Assembly: GCA_963764165.1 (NCBI GenBank)
Contig: CAVXRD010000002.1
Location: 2,080,001 to 2,144,000 of the forward strand
Length of the DNA: 64,000 nucleotides
Reading direction: 5' to 3'
Source of the DNA: an uncultured Verrucomicrobiae bacterium
Lineage (GTDB): Bacteria > Verrucomicrobiota > Verrucomicrobiia > Limisphaerales > Palsa-1400
Below the pieces are notes generated by a model. It had not been told where the DNA came from. It did not search any database and worked only from the letters and a program-made list of their open reading frames with translations. Positions 1 to 9,669 of this stretch are shown here, in pieces (the first letter of the stretch is position 1; each line of letters starts with the position of its first letter). Position numbers and translations under genes: made by a program.

Positions 1-801
1 GAATTTCTCGATGCCAAGTTCGATTCTCGCCGCTTCGCGCACCGATTTGCTCCGCTTGCCGCCTTTCTTCAGATCGTCGGCCATTTCGTAACTGGCTTCG
101 TAAGTTTTGCAAAGAGCGTCCACTTCCTTTTCCGCAACCGCATTCACAACCTGGACAAGGTCACCCACACCGTAAGTGTTTACGCTGAAGCCGAATTTCA
201 TCTGCGCGGCCACCTTGTCACCTTCGGTCACCGCTACTTCGCGCATGTTATCGCCGAATCGAACAAACTTCGCGCCCTGCCAATCGGCCCAGGCGGCCGC
301 CGCGCGAGTCCACGCGCCAATTTTTTCCTGGGTGTCCGCTTCCTGCCAGAAACCGACCACCACCTTTCGGCTGCGGCGCATGCGGCTCATAATGAAGCCA
401 TGCTCGCGATCACCATGCGCCGCCTGGTTCATGTTCATGAAATCCATGTCGATCTCCGTCCACGGCAAGTCGCGATTGTATTGAGTGTGCAAATGGCAAA
501 TCGGCTTGCGCAGCAGCATGAGGCCGTTAATCCACATCTTGGACGGCGAGAAAGTGTGACACCACGTAATCAAACCAATGCATTTGGGGGCGTTATTGGC
601 CGCCTGGCAGAGAGCCGTCACCGCCTCGGTCGATTCCATCACGGGCTTGAAGATGACCTTGACTGGGATGGCTCGCGCTGCATTCAGCGCCTTGGCGATT
701 TCCTGAGAATGTGCGGCGACTTTCCTGAGAGTTTCCGGCCCGTAGAGATGCTGGCTGCCGGTGACAAACCAGACTTCGTGGAGCTTCAGGTTCATGCTCA
801 T
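1..801 (-). CDS. araA: L-arabinose isomerase (5' part; gene runs off the left edge)
   Basis: Not in the ORF track. Manual translation from ATG 801 gives [25 protein letters not shown]...[18 protein letters not shown], the AraA N-terminal signature. Confidence 0.93.
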   Translation of the reverse strand, partial: MSMNLKLHEVWFVTGSQHLYGPETLRKVAAHSQEIAKALNAARAIPVKVIFKPVMESTEAVTALCQAANNAPKCIGLITWCHTFSPSKMWINGLMLLRKPICHLHTQYNRDLPWTEIDMDFMNMNQAAHGDREHGFIMSRMRRSRKVVVGFWQEADTQEKIGAWTRAAAAWADWQGAKFVRFGDNMREVAVTEGDKVAAQMKFGFSVNTYGVGDLVQVVNAVAEKEVDALCKTYEASYEMADDLKKGGKRSKSVREAARIELGIEKF

Positions 802-1215
802 AAATTAAACAGGAGAAAAACCGAGAGAACAGAGAAAAATGCCCCTTTTTGATCTCAAGCATGGCGCGAACGTGATCGGCCTTCCCAGCCGCACGCGTGT
901 AAAACACCATGGCTGGTGAGTGCCGTTGGGCACGCCATTTTCATCTCGGGGGGAAATGAGTGGGCGGGGGCGCATGGCACCGCCCCACCTTAATTGGATC
1001 GTTTCCTGGGTCCGGCTGTTCCAAGGCCCCGAAATTGCAACAGGAAATCATGGAAGAGCCAGCAGAAAGACACAAAGCACACGACGGAGGGCGAACCGCC
1101 CGAAACCGATGATTTGCCCCCCTTCGCGGTCTCCATGTCCTTCTGTCAAGACTTTCCCGCAAATTGATTATCGCTGGCTTGTATATTTGACTCCAACGGC
1201 ACGGATGCAGCATTG

Positions 1216-2091
1216 TCACATGGCGGGCACGAACTCGGTCCAGATTTCTGTTCCGAACTTCGCTTTGAATTTTTCGAGAATCGATTGCGCTGAAGGCTGA
1301 TTGGCAACCAGGGCGAAGGTGGCCGAGCCGCTGCCGGACATCAGTGTGCCGAGGGCGCCTTGCTCGCGGAAAAATTCCTGGAATAATTCCAGCAGCGGAT
1401 ACTTCCACAAGGCAGGCGCTTCAAGGGAATTGTAGAGACCCTTGGCCGCCGAGGGGAGATCCTTCCGCAATAGATCAGCCAATTGCCGGGCCCGCCCCGG
1501 CTTGCCGTTCACCACTTCCGGGAATTTGGCGAGTTGCTGGTAAGCCCATGGCGTCGAAATGCCGAATCCAGGATGTACAAGGATAAACCAAGCGCCGCGC
1601 ATCGTCTCGAACGGATTTAACGGCTCTATGAACTCGCCCCTGCCTGTGGCGATCGCGGGGGCGTTCTGCAAAAAGAAAGGAACATCCGAGCCCAGCCCCC
1701 CCGCCAATTCCCAAACCTTCTGCGCCGGCAGCGGTTGGCCAAATAATTCGTTCATGGCCAGAAAAGTCGCCGCCGCGTTGCCGCTTCCGCCGCCAATGCC
1801 GGCCGCCACGGGCAGTTTCTTTTCCAGATGGATGCGCACGCCATCGCTGGCGCCGATTCCCGCCGCCTTGGCAAACAGGTCGGCGGCTCGCACGATCAAA
1901 TTCCTGCCGTCGGTTGGGAGGGTAGGGTCGCTGCAACTGAGTTGAATGCCAGTGCCCGCACGCTCGAATGAAAGCTGGTCGAACAAGGGAACCGGATGCA
2001 TGAGCGTTTCAAGTTCATGGAAGCCGTCGGCGCGTTTGCCGAGGATATTGAGCAAAAGGTTGACCTTGCAGCCTGAAGCTTTCGTCAACAT
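1216..2091 (-). CDS. ispE: 4-diphosphocytidyl-2-C-methyl-D-erythritol kinase
   Basis: KVNLLL..GKRADGFHELET, PVAAGIGGGSGNAA (GHMP ATP loop), LGSDVPFF, MSGSGS. Confidence 0.95.
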   Translation of the reverse strand: MLTKASGCKVNLLLNILGKRADGFHELETLMHPVPLFDQLSFERAGTGIQLSCSDPTLPTDGRNLIVRAADLFAKAAGIGASDGVRIHLEKKLPVAAGIGGGSGNAAATFLAMNELFGQPLPAQKVWELAGGLGSDVPFFLQNAPAIATGRGEFIEPLNPFETMRGAWFILVHPGFGISTPWAYQQLAKFPEVVNGKPGRARQLADLLRKDLPSAAKGLYNSLEAPALWKYPLLELFQEFFREQGALGTLMSGSGSATFALVANQPSAQSILEKFKAKFGTEIWTEFVPAM

Positions 2092-2133
2092 GGGAAATCT
2101 CCGCCCACTTGGCGGACACCGCCGAGCTTCGAC

Positions 2134-2586
2134 TTAGTTGTCGAAGATATGGAAACGGGAACCTGGGATGATCGGGGCGACATCGCCACCGGCAAATCCA
2201 AGGTTCGTATCCGGTGCCGTGATCGAATCAGCCAGCCAGTTCGGCTTGTAGCTTTCCGGATAAACGGGATCGGTCGGGCGCAGGATGGGGCCGTAATCGT
2301 TGCGGCCGTGATTGGGAATGGGGAAAGTGATGACTTCGTAAAGTCCTGCAAAGGTGCGTTCAAAACTCTTGTCGACGCCACGAGCCAAGCCGGTAGTGTA
2401 AGATTGGTCGGGCGAGCCAAAGATCGCGGTTTGCTCGAACGAGCGGCGGATTTCCCCGCCGCGCGCAAATTCAGTCATGTTGTTAATGCCGCGCCCCAGT
2501 TTTTGTTCAGGGCCAGCACAGCCAACGGCGATGCAGGAGACGGCAACGATAGGCAGCAAAACGCAAATCTTGTTTAGCATATTCAC
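2134..2586 (-). CDS. Lipoprotein, TIGR04073-like (exosortase-system-associated) family
   Basis: Lipobox AVGC followed by KLGRGINN...R...GLYEVITFP. Confidence 0.6.
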   Translation of the reverse strand: MNMLNKICVLLPIVAVSCIAVGCAGPEQKLGRGINNMTEFARGGEIRRSFEQTAIFGSPDQSYTTGLARGVDKSFERTFAGLYEVITFPIPNHGRNDYGPILRPTDPVYPESYKPNWLADSITAPDTNLGFAGGDVAPIIPGSRFHIFDN

Positions 2587-2690
2587 ACTCTTTAATGGAC
2601 TTTACAGTGCCGCCGCGGGACCTGTCCAGTATTTTTTTGCGGGAAAAAACCTGCTTTTGACCTACTGTTGCGGCCGGTGGGAATGGATTC

Positions 2691-4901
2691 ATGAAGGAAC
2701 GACTTTGGAATCGAATTGGGAGAGCTAAACGCATGTCTGCGTCAATGAGCGTTCGCGTGGCTGCCATGGCAGTGGCCGCTATGTCCGCCATCCCTGCCGC
2801 ATCCCAGGAAACCAATTCGCCCGCTAGCACCAACGGCACTCCCGTCTTGCCCGCCATCGAGGTGCGAGGGAGCGATTACGGCGCGCTGACCGCGCCTTCC
2901 CGGTCGGAGGCCGAGCAACTCAAGACTCAGGTTCCCGGCGCCTTCACCATTCGCGGCTCGGCCAAAATGGATGAAGGGCGCGCCTCCAACTTTGAGGATT
3001 TTCTCGGCGGCATTCCAGGTGTCACGCTGCAATCGGAAAATGAAATGGAAGCCAGCAAAATATCCATTCGCGGCTCCGGCATTCTTTCGGAGGATGAGCC
3101 ACTGGGCGTCAATTTCCTGCTGGATGGGTTTACCTTCAACCAAGGGGACGGCGAAGTCATCCTCGAAGATTTCGACGTCAACAGCATTGATTACGCGGAA
3201 GTCTATCGCGGGGCCAGCGCGTTCAAATACGGCGCATTGACGCTCGGTGGGGCGGTAAACCTCGTTTCCAGGACAGGATACACGTCGGACCCGCTGAGCG
3301 TGCGCATCGAAGGCGGCAGTTACGGTTACGTCCACAGCGAGATGAGTTCCGGCGGCGTGTCCGGGCCGCTGGATTATTTCGTTTCCATTTCCGCCCGCAC
3401 CCGCGACGGCTACCGCGAACACAGCTACGAAGACACGGAAATCCTCACTGCCAACATTGGCTACCGTTTCGCCACCAATGTGGAAAACAGGTTCTTCTTG
3501 ACAGCGGATCAGACCGACCGCCTTCTGCCGGGCGGATTGACCAAGGATGAAATGTATTCCAATCCGCGCCAGACCGATCCAGACGCGCCAGCCCCGGGCG
3601 CGGCGCCGTACGCAATATCGCAGGATTACAACAAGCAATGGTATTATTTGCGCCTGGCCGACAAGGTCAGCGTCAAGACAGACACGCTGCAAGCCGACGC
3701 GGGCGGCTTTTGGTGGCATCGCAACATCCAGGAAAAAGGCCCTTACAACGACGAATCCGACGAGGGCATCCAAAATTTCTTCGCGGACAATGTCGGCATC
3801 ATTCTTAATGCGACGATCCATTTGGAAGTCTTCGGGCAGAAAAGCACCATCACGGCAGGCTTCGATCCCAACATCGAACGCGAGGTCGACGCGAATTACG
3901 TGAACGTCGGCGGCCAGCTCGGGCCAACGACCGCCCACGACCAGGAGTTTTCCGTCAACGGTCCGCTCTTCTTTGAAGACCAGCAATACCTGACCGAGCG
4001 GCTTTCGCTGGTGGCGGGATTGCAGGCGACCTACGCCCAGCGCCATTTCAGCGATTTTTATTTTCAGCCCGACGCCTCGATGAACGTCGTCTACCGCGGC
4101 CTGAACCCGAAATTCGGCGCCATTTATGAATTCAACAAGACAAACCAGATTTTCGCCAACATCAGCAAATCCTGGCAAGCGCCCTCTTTCGACAATATGA
4201 TTGACTTCGACAGCGCGCCGGAGGTGGACGCCACCATCCTGAGTCCGCAGAGCGCCCGGACCGCCGAAATCGGGACGCGCGGCGAATGGGGGCGCGCGCA
4301 ATGGGATCTGGCGCTTTATCATTCCTGGGTGCATAGCGAGCTTCTGGAAATCAACAACTCCGCCGGCGTTGATATCGGCGCCGTGAACATAAATCGCTCC
4401 ATGCATCAAGGCATCGAAGCAGGATTGGATCTGGATTTGCTCGATTCCATGATCACCAAACCCAAGGGAAGCCGCGGAGGCGACAAGCTGGCGCTGGATC
4501 AATCGTTCACACTGAATGATTTTCATTTCCAGGATGATCCCACCTACGGCAACAACCGCATCGGGGGCTTGCCCATTTACGTTTACCAAGCCGGTTTGAT
4601 GTACACATCGCCGTTCGGCTTTTACGCCGGGCCGACGGTCACGTGGAACATCACGAAATATCCGGCCGACCATGAAAATAGTCTTTACGCGGATTCGTAT
4701 GCCTTGCTCGGCTTCAAAATGGGATATCAAATGAAAAAGGGATTTTCCGTTTTCTTCGAGGCCAAAAATTTGACCGACGTCACTTACGCATCGTCCGTGG
4801 ATCCGATTCCGTCCGCCCGCAATCCAGCCAACGGGCCTTACAGCGTTTTCCATCCGGGCGACGGCATTTCGTTTTACGGCGGTGTGAGCTACGTGTGGTG
4901 A
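2691..4901 (+). CDS. TonB-dependent receptor (start may be a later Met)
   Basis: Signal peptide, plug motifs ISIRGSG and EVYRG...YG..TLGGAVNLVS, beta-barrel ending in an aromatic residue (VSYVW). Confidence 0.9.
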   Translation: MKERLWNRIGRAKRMSASMSVRVAAMAVAAMSAIPAASQETNSPASTNGTPVLPAIEVRGSDYGALTAPSRSEAEQLKTQVPGAFTIRGSAKMDEGRASNFEDFLGGIPGVTLQSENEMEASKISIRGSGILSEDEPLGVNFLLDGFTFNQGDGEVILEDFDVNSIDYAEVYRGASAFKYGALTLGGAVNLVSRTGYTSDPLSVRIEGGSYGYVHSEMSSGGVSGPLDYFVSISARTRDGYREHSYEDTEILTANIGYRFATNVENRFFLTADQTDRLLPGGLTKDEMYSNPRQTDPDAPAPGAAPYAISQDYNKQWYYLRLADKVSVKTDTLQADAGGFWWHRNIQEKGPYNDESDEGIQNFFADNVGIILNATIHLEVFGQKSTITAGFDPNIEREVDANYVNVGGQLGPTTAHDQEFSVNGPLFFEDQQYLTERLSLVAGLQATYAQRHFSDFYFQPDASMNVVYRGLNPKFGAIYEFNKTNQIFANISKSWQAPSFDNMIDFDSAPEVDATILSPQSARTAEIGTRGEWGRAQWDLALYHSWVHSELLEINNSAGVDIGAVNINRSMHQGIEAGLDLDLLDSMITKPKGSRGGDKLALDQSFTLNDFHFQDDPTYGNNRIGGLPIYVYQAGLMYTSPFGFYAGPTVTWNITKYPADHENSLYADSYALLGFKMGYQMKKGFSVFFEAKNLTDVTYASSVDPIPSARNPANGPYSVFHPGDGISFYGGVSYVW

Positions 4902-4926
4902 GTTTTTAAGGTAGGGACGCCTCGCC

Positions 4927-6609
4927 AAGATTGTCTCAAAACTTCTGTTTTTTGAGGAATGTATTTGACAATATGTGAGCCTTTAGTTGACAATGCCGTT
5001 CAACAAATATGGCTCAACCGATTGCCCCTGATTACGGACAGCAGTTCCTCCTCCCGCCCGCCCTGGAGGACTGGGTGTCCGCCGACCATCCCGCCCGCTT
5101 CCTGCGCGAATTTGTCGACCAGTTGGATCTGCCCCAGCTTGGGTTTGTCATTCCCGCCGCCGCCGAAGGCCGTCCGCCCTATGCCCCCAGCCTCCTGCTC
5201 AAGATTTGGCTTTACGGTTATTTCCACCGCATTCGCTCCACCCGCAAGCTGGAAACCGCCTGCACGGAGCATGTCTCGCTGCTGTGGCTGACGGGGCTCA
5301 ACGCCCCCGACCACAACAGCCTCTGGCGGTTCTGGGACGGAAACAAAAAGGCCCTGCGCCAGGTTTTCAAGCAAACCGTGCAGCTGGCCCTCCGCACCGG
5401 GGCGGTGGGATTTGCCTTGCAAGCGTTGGACGGCACCAAGATTCAAGCCGCCTGCAGCGGGCCGCAGGGCTGGAGCAAGGTTTACATGGAGAAGCTCCTG
5501 GCCCAGCTGGATGGCGCCTTGGAGGAAATCGAGCTCAAAGTCGTGGCGGAGAACCAGGATTCCAGCGCACCGGGCTGCCGGCTGCCCGCCGGGTTGGCCC
5601 AGCGCCAGGCCCTGCGCGAGGAAATCAAAAAAGGCCTGGCCCAGCTGCAGGCCGACGGGCGCCACCATTACCATCCAGCCGAACCGGAGGCGCGCCGGAT
5701 GAAAGTCGGCGACACCAACCGCTTTGCCTACAACGCCCAGGCGGTGGCCGACAGCCAGGAGGGCATCATGGTCGCCTGTCAAGCCACCCGCCAGGAAACC
5801 GACGCCGGCCAGCTGGTCCCCATGATTGAAGAAGCGAGGCAAAACCTCGGTCCGGCGGCCATTCCAACCCTCACCGCCGCCGACGCCGGCTATGGGGGCG
5901 GGGCCGACTTGAAAGCGGCCGTGGAACAGCAGATGAATGTGCTGGCCCCGCCGGCGGAGGGCAAGCCAGCCCACGACAACGCCTACGCGACGCAGCATTT
6001 TCATTATGACGAGGCGGCCCACACCGTCACCTGCCCGCAAGAGCGCCTTCTGGACCACGAAGGCCAGACCACCAAGAAAGGCCAGACCGTTGAGCGCTTC
6101 CGCTGCCATCACCGAGACTGTCCCGTGCGCGCCCTCTGCAGCCGCGATCCCAAAGGGCGGCAAGTCGAAGTGTGGCCGCACACCACGCTGGTGCAAGCCA
6201 TGCGGGCCCGGCTGCAAGAGCCAGGACCCGCCGCGCTTTATGGAAAGCGCAAAGAGATCATCGAACGCCGGTTTGGGCAGCTCAAGCAACACGACGGCTT
6301 TCGGCGTTGGACAGTTTGGGGTCTGGAAGCCGTGCAAGCCCAATGGGCCTTGTTATGCGCCACCTTGAACCTGCGAATCCTCTATAAAAAGTGGCAGGCC
6401 CGGGTCCAGACGCCGAAAATGGAAGTCAAAACCGCCGCGGTTGAAGGAAATTTGGCGATGGCGGCCTAAAAAAGGAGGGAAAGGGAAGCTTGGCGTCATC
6501 GCTGACGCCAGCCACGCTCTGACAACTAAAAGTTGACACCCGTTTCCACAGCCCCTATTGGTGCCCATATAACCAGATCGGCCAGACTAAAACGTTTTGA
6601 GACAGTCTC
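4927..6609 (+). mobile_element. IS1182-family insertion sequence, copy 1 (1,683 bp)
   Basis: Terminal IRs AAGATTGTCTCAAAAC / GTTTTGAGACAGTCTC, 4-bp DR CGCC (4923-4926, 6610-6613), near-identical to copy 2. Confidence 0.92.
5009..6469 (+). CDS. IS1182-family DDE transposase
   Basis: N-terminal LPP.LEDWV..DHPARF, GRPPYAP.LLLK..LYGY (DUF772-like), LDGTKIQA, ADAGY, Cys cluster, RKEIIERRFGQLK. Confidence 0.92.
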   Translation: MAQPIAPDYGQQFLLPPALEDWVSADHPARFLREFVDQLDLPQLGFVIPAAAEGRPPYAPSLLLKIWLYGYFHRIRSTRKLETACTEHVSLLWLTGLNAPDHNSLWRFWDGNKKALRQVFKQTVQLALRTGAVGFALQALDGTKIQAACSGPQGWSKVYMEKLLAQLDGALEEIELKVVAENQDSSAPGCRLPAGLAQRQALREEIKKGLAQLQADGRHHYHPAEPEARRMKVGDTNRFAYNAQAVADSQEGIMVACQATRQETDAGQLVPMIEEARQNLGPAAIPTLTAADAGYGGGADLKAAVEQQMNVLAPPAEGKPAHDNAYATQHFHYDEAAHTVTCPQERLLDHEGQTTKKGQTVERFRCHHRDCPVRALCSRDPKGRQVEVWPHTTLVQAMRARLQEPGPAALYGKRKEIIERRFGQLKQHDGFRRWTVWGLEAVQAQWALLCATLNLRILYKKWQARVQTPKMEVKTAAVEGNLAMAA

Positions 6610-6694
6610 CGCCGAGGCGTCCGGTTGCGCGGGAATAAATGCCGCGGCCTGCGCGAAAATAACACCCCGCTCCGGACGCCTCGGCGACGCGTCC

Positions 6695-7441
6695 CTACCA
6701 TTGACCGCGCAATTTGCGGACGGCCTCCGCGTCGGTCACGGTAAAGTCTTCTTCGGATTGCTTGACAGTGCCGCCGAAGGAAACTTGAGGCCGCGCCGCA
6801 GCCGAGCGGTCCTTGCTGGTGGTGCTGAGCGACGCGTGAATTTGGTCGCAGCCGGTGCGGGCAATGACATCCGCCACGGTAAATCGATTGAGTCCGCCCG
6901 CCGGCAAAATTTCGATGCGTCCCGCCGCTTGTTTGATGTAAGCCGCAATCGCAGCCGCGCCGTTGTAAGCGCTCGCCTCCTGCCCGGAGGTCATGACGCG
7001 GGTGACACCCAGATCAATCAATTGCTCCAGGACTTCCGAGGGATTCCGCACCACGTCGAAGGCGCGATGAAACACCGCCTGTTTTCCGGCGGCCAATTTC
7101 ATCATCTGCCGGCAGCGGTCAACATCCAGCGCGCCGGCCTCGGTGAGAAAGCCGAACGCGATGCCATCTGCCCCTTCCGCGAGCGCCAATTCGGCGTCGC
7201 GCTGCATGACGGAAAATTCGGAACGGCTGTAGAAAAACCCAGCCGCGCGCGGCCGGACCATCGAAATGATCGGCAGCCGCACCGCGGCCCGGGCCTCGCG
7301 CAGTGTCCCAAGGGAAGGCGTCAGCCCTCCCAGCAACAGCGCGCAATTGAGTTCAACACGATCCGCGCCGCCGGCTTCGGCTTTGACGCAGTCGTCGACC
7401 GAGGCGGTGCAAATTTCAAGTTTGATCGCGCTCACGGCCAA
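6695..7441 (-). CDS. cutC: Copper homeostasis protein CutC
   Basis: LEIC...GADRVELN.AL..GGLTPS, MVRPR, FHRAFD, TSGQ. Confidence 0.93.
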   Translation of the reverse strand: MAVSAIKLEICTASVDDCVKAEAGGADRVELNCALLLGGLTPSLGTLREARAAVRLPIISMVRPRAAGFFYSRSEFSVMQRDAELALAEGADGIAFGFLTEAGALDVDRCRQMMKLAAGKQAVFHRAFDVVRNPSEVLEQLIDLGVTRVMTSGQEASAYNGAAAIAAYIKQAAGRIEILPAGGLNRFTVADVIARTGCDQIHASLSTTSKDRSAAARPQVSFGGTVKQSEEDFTVTDAEAVRKLRGQW

Positions 7442-7481
7442 TAAAAAGAGAGGCGGGGCCAGCCCGCCTCGTTGCCCGCCC

Positions 7482-7766
7482 TTACTTCTTCAAGTGACCG
7501 GAGACCAGCTTGGTCATCTCGAACATGCTGACTTGCTTCTTGCCGTTGAAAACGGCTTTGAGAGCGTCATCAGCATTGATGAGGGTCTTCTTTTTCGCGT
7601 CCTGCAGTCCGTTTTTGCGGATGTAGACCCAGAGCTTTTTGGTCAGCTCCGTGCGGGGAAGAGGTTTCTCGCCCACAACTTTGGCCAGCGCTTCATCCGG
7701 GGTCACCGGTTTCATGAACGCCGCGTTGGGTTTTCTTTTAGCAGCCTTAGGTGTTTTAGTAGCCAT
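7482..7766 (-). CDS. SWIB/MDM2-domain protein
   Basis: NAAFMKP...LAKVVG..PLPRTELTKKLWVYIRKNGLQD...INAD..L..VF.GK.QVSMFEMTK. ATG 7766 is preceded by a GGAGAGG RBS. Confidence 0.9.
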   Translation of the reverse strand: MATKTPKAAKRKPNAAFMKPVTPDEALAKVVGEKPLPRTELTKKLWVYIRKNGLQDAKKKTLINADDALKAVFNGKKQVSMFEMTKLVSGHLKK

Positions 7767-7862
7767 GCCTCTCCATTTGCCCGTAGACATCGGGGAACGC
7801 AACATCAAAATTTGACATGAATTTTGCGAACTTTCCCGCGGCTGCCCCGGGAAGGGGCGCTT

Positions 7863-7887
7863 TTGTCAATATAAATACAATTGACAA
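7863..7887. promoter_or_regulatory. Back-to-back TTGACA hexamers (palindrome TTGTCAAT-N9-ATTGACAA) between divergent genes
   Basis: Perfect 8-bp inverted repeat, each arm containing a consensus -35. Confidence 0.45.
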
Positions 7888-7926
7888 GTGTCGCCCTGGC
7901 GGCATCGTGAGCTGACATGCCCCATT

Positions 7927-7990
7927 ATTCGCATAATTCCCATAACTTCCCTCTGTTGCGAATAATGGGAAGAATGGGAATTATGCGAAT
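7927..7990. repeat. 17-bp perfect inverted repeat with ~9-bp periodic subunits
   Basis: ATTCGCATAATTCCCAT (7927-7943) / ATGGGAATTATGCGAAT (7974-7990). Confidence 0.75.
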
Positions 7991-8034
7991 GGCCAAATAT
8001 TGTCCCCCCGCGCCTTTCGTGCCATGCTCACCGC

Positions 8035-9666
8035 ATGGGTTCTCATTTGATCGGTGAGTATTTAATCGAACGGCTGCGCGGGCTTGGCGTGCGCCATGTC
8101 TTTGGCATCCCGGGCGACTACGTCCTGGGCTTCTACGACCTGCTGCAAAAGCGCGGGCTGCAGACTGTCAATACTTGCGATGAGCAGGGCGCCGGTTTCG
8201 CCGCCGATGCCTACGCCCGCGTGCGCGGCCTCGGCGTCGTGTGCGTGACATATTGCGTGGGCGGCTTGAAAATCGCCAACACCACCGCGCAGGCCTTCGC
8301 GGAGAAATCTCCCGTCGTCGTCATCAGCGGCGCGCCCGGCGCGCACGAGTGGGAAAAAAATCCGCTGCTTCACCACAAGGTGCGCGAGTTCGACACGCAG
8401 AAGCGCGTCTTCGAGCAACTGACCGTTGCCTCCACCGTGTTGAATGATCCGCAAACCGCGTTGCAGGAAATCGACCGGGTGCTGCACGCCGCGCTGCGCT
8501 ACAAAAAGCCCGTGTATATTGAATTGCCGCGCGACATGGTTTCTGTTCCCGGCCTCGCCAGCTATGTGCCTTCCGAGCTTCACGAAAAAAGCGATCCGAT
8601 TTCTCTCCGCCATTCCATCGATGAAGCCGTCGATATGATCAACAAGGCGAAGCGCCCCGCGATTTTGGCCGACGTCGAATTGCATCGCTTCGGCCTGCAA
8701 GCTGACCTTGTCAAGCTGATGCAGAAATCGAATATTCCCGCCGCGACAACCATCATGGGAAAATCCGTCATCGGCGAAAATGATCCGTTGTATTTGGGCG
8801 TTTACGGCGGCTTGATGGGCCGCGAGGAAGTGCGCCGCTACATCGAGCAAAGCGATTGCCTGCTCATGCTCGGCGTGTTTATGACGGACATCGACCAGGG
8901 CATTCGCACCGCGCGCCTCGACCCGGCGAATTGCATTTCCGCCACGAGCGAGAAATTGAGCATTCGCTACCATCACTTTGACAACGTTCGCTTCAAGGAT
9001 TTTCTGCGCGCGCTGGTCAAATCGCCGATTCGCCGCCGAGCGATTGCGAAGATTCCGCATCCGCCGGCCATGCCGCCTTACAAGGCGGCGGCCAAAAAGA
9101 AAATGACTGTCAAGCGTTTGTTCCAGCGGCTGAACTCGTTTCTGCGCGAGGACACGATTGTGATTTCTGATGTCGGCGACGCGCTGTTTGGCGCGGCGGA
9201 ATTGAACATCCACCAGCACACGGAATTTCTCGGAACGGCATATTACGCCTCGATGGGATTTGCGCTTCCCGCCGCCGTCGGCGCGCAGATCGCGCATCCA
9301 GAGCGCCGGCCGCTGGTGCTGGTGGGCGATGGCGCATTTTTGATGACAGGATTGGAATTGGCGACGATTGCGCGGAACAATTTGAATCCGATCATTATCG
9401 TTTTGAACAACAAGGGTTACGGCACCGAACGGCACATTCAGGACGGACCTTACAACGACGTGGCCCCGCTGAATTATCATTTGCTGCCCGGCATCGTCGG
9501 CAAGGGAATCGGCTTCTCCGTTGAAACGGAAGACCAGCTTGAGCAAGCGCTCGAAACCTCGGAAAAGAACAAGGAAAGTTTCAGCTTGATCGAAGTGCAT
9601 CTCGAACCGCTTGACCGTTCACCCGCCCTTCATCGCCTCGCCCGCAGCCTGGCAGAACGCCTTTAA
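8035..9666 (+). CDS. ThDP-dependent alpha-keto acid decarboxylase (indolepyruvate/pyruvate decarboxylase family)
   Basis: VFGIPGDY, CDEQGAGFAADAYAR, LLHH, ThDP motif GDGAF...NNKGY. Confidence 0.9.
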   Translation: MGSHLIGEYLIERLRGLGVRHVFGIPGDYVLGFYDLLQKRGLQTVNTCDEQGAGFAADAYARVRGLGVVCVTYCVGGLKIANTTAQAFAEKSPVVVISGAPGAHEWEKNPLLHHKVREFDTQKRVFEQLTVASTVLNDPQTALQEIDRVLHAALRYKKPVYIELPRDMVSVPGLASYVPSELHEKSDPISLRHSIDEAVDMINKAKRPAILADVELHRFGLQADLVKLMQKSNIPAATTIMGKSVIGENDPLYLGVYGGLMGREEVRRYIEQSDCLLMLGVFMTDIDQGIRTARLDPANCISATSEKLSIRYHHFDNVRFKDFLRALVKSPIRRRAIAKIPHPPAMPPYKAAAKKKMTVKRLFQRLNSFLREDTIVISDVGDALFGAAELNIHQHTEFLGTAYYASMGFALPAAVGAQIAHPERRPLVLVGDGAFLMTGLELATIARNNLNPIIIVLNNKGYGTERHIQDGPYNDVAPLNYHLLPGIVGKGIGFSVETEDQLEQALETSEKNKESFSLIEVHLEPLDRSPALHRLARSLAERL

Positions 9667-9669
9667 TTT

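Larger units (their letters stand above)
4911..6698. repeat. REPIN-like element (inverted pair of GTAG-family REPs) split by IS copy 1
   Basis: GTAGGGACGCCTCGCC (4911-4926) plus GAGGCGTCC...GGACGCCTCGGCGACGCGTCCCTAC (6614-6698). The reconstructed empty site (~101 bp) matches the intact element at 13209-13308. Confidence 0.85.

Noticed and set aside
2742..4928. Long antisense ORFs (728 aa here; also 5000-6343, 8062-9600, 20849-22192, 22467-24218, 24970-26088)
   Set aside because: These are shadow frames of real genes in GC-rich DNA with no recognisable motifs.
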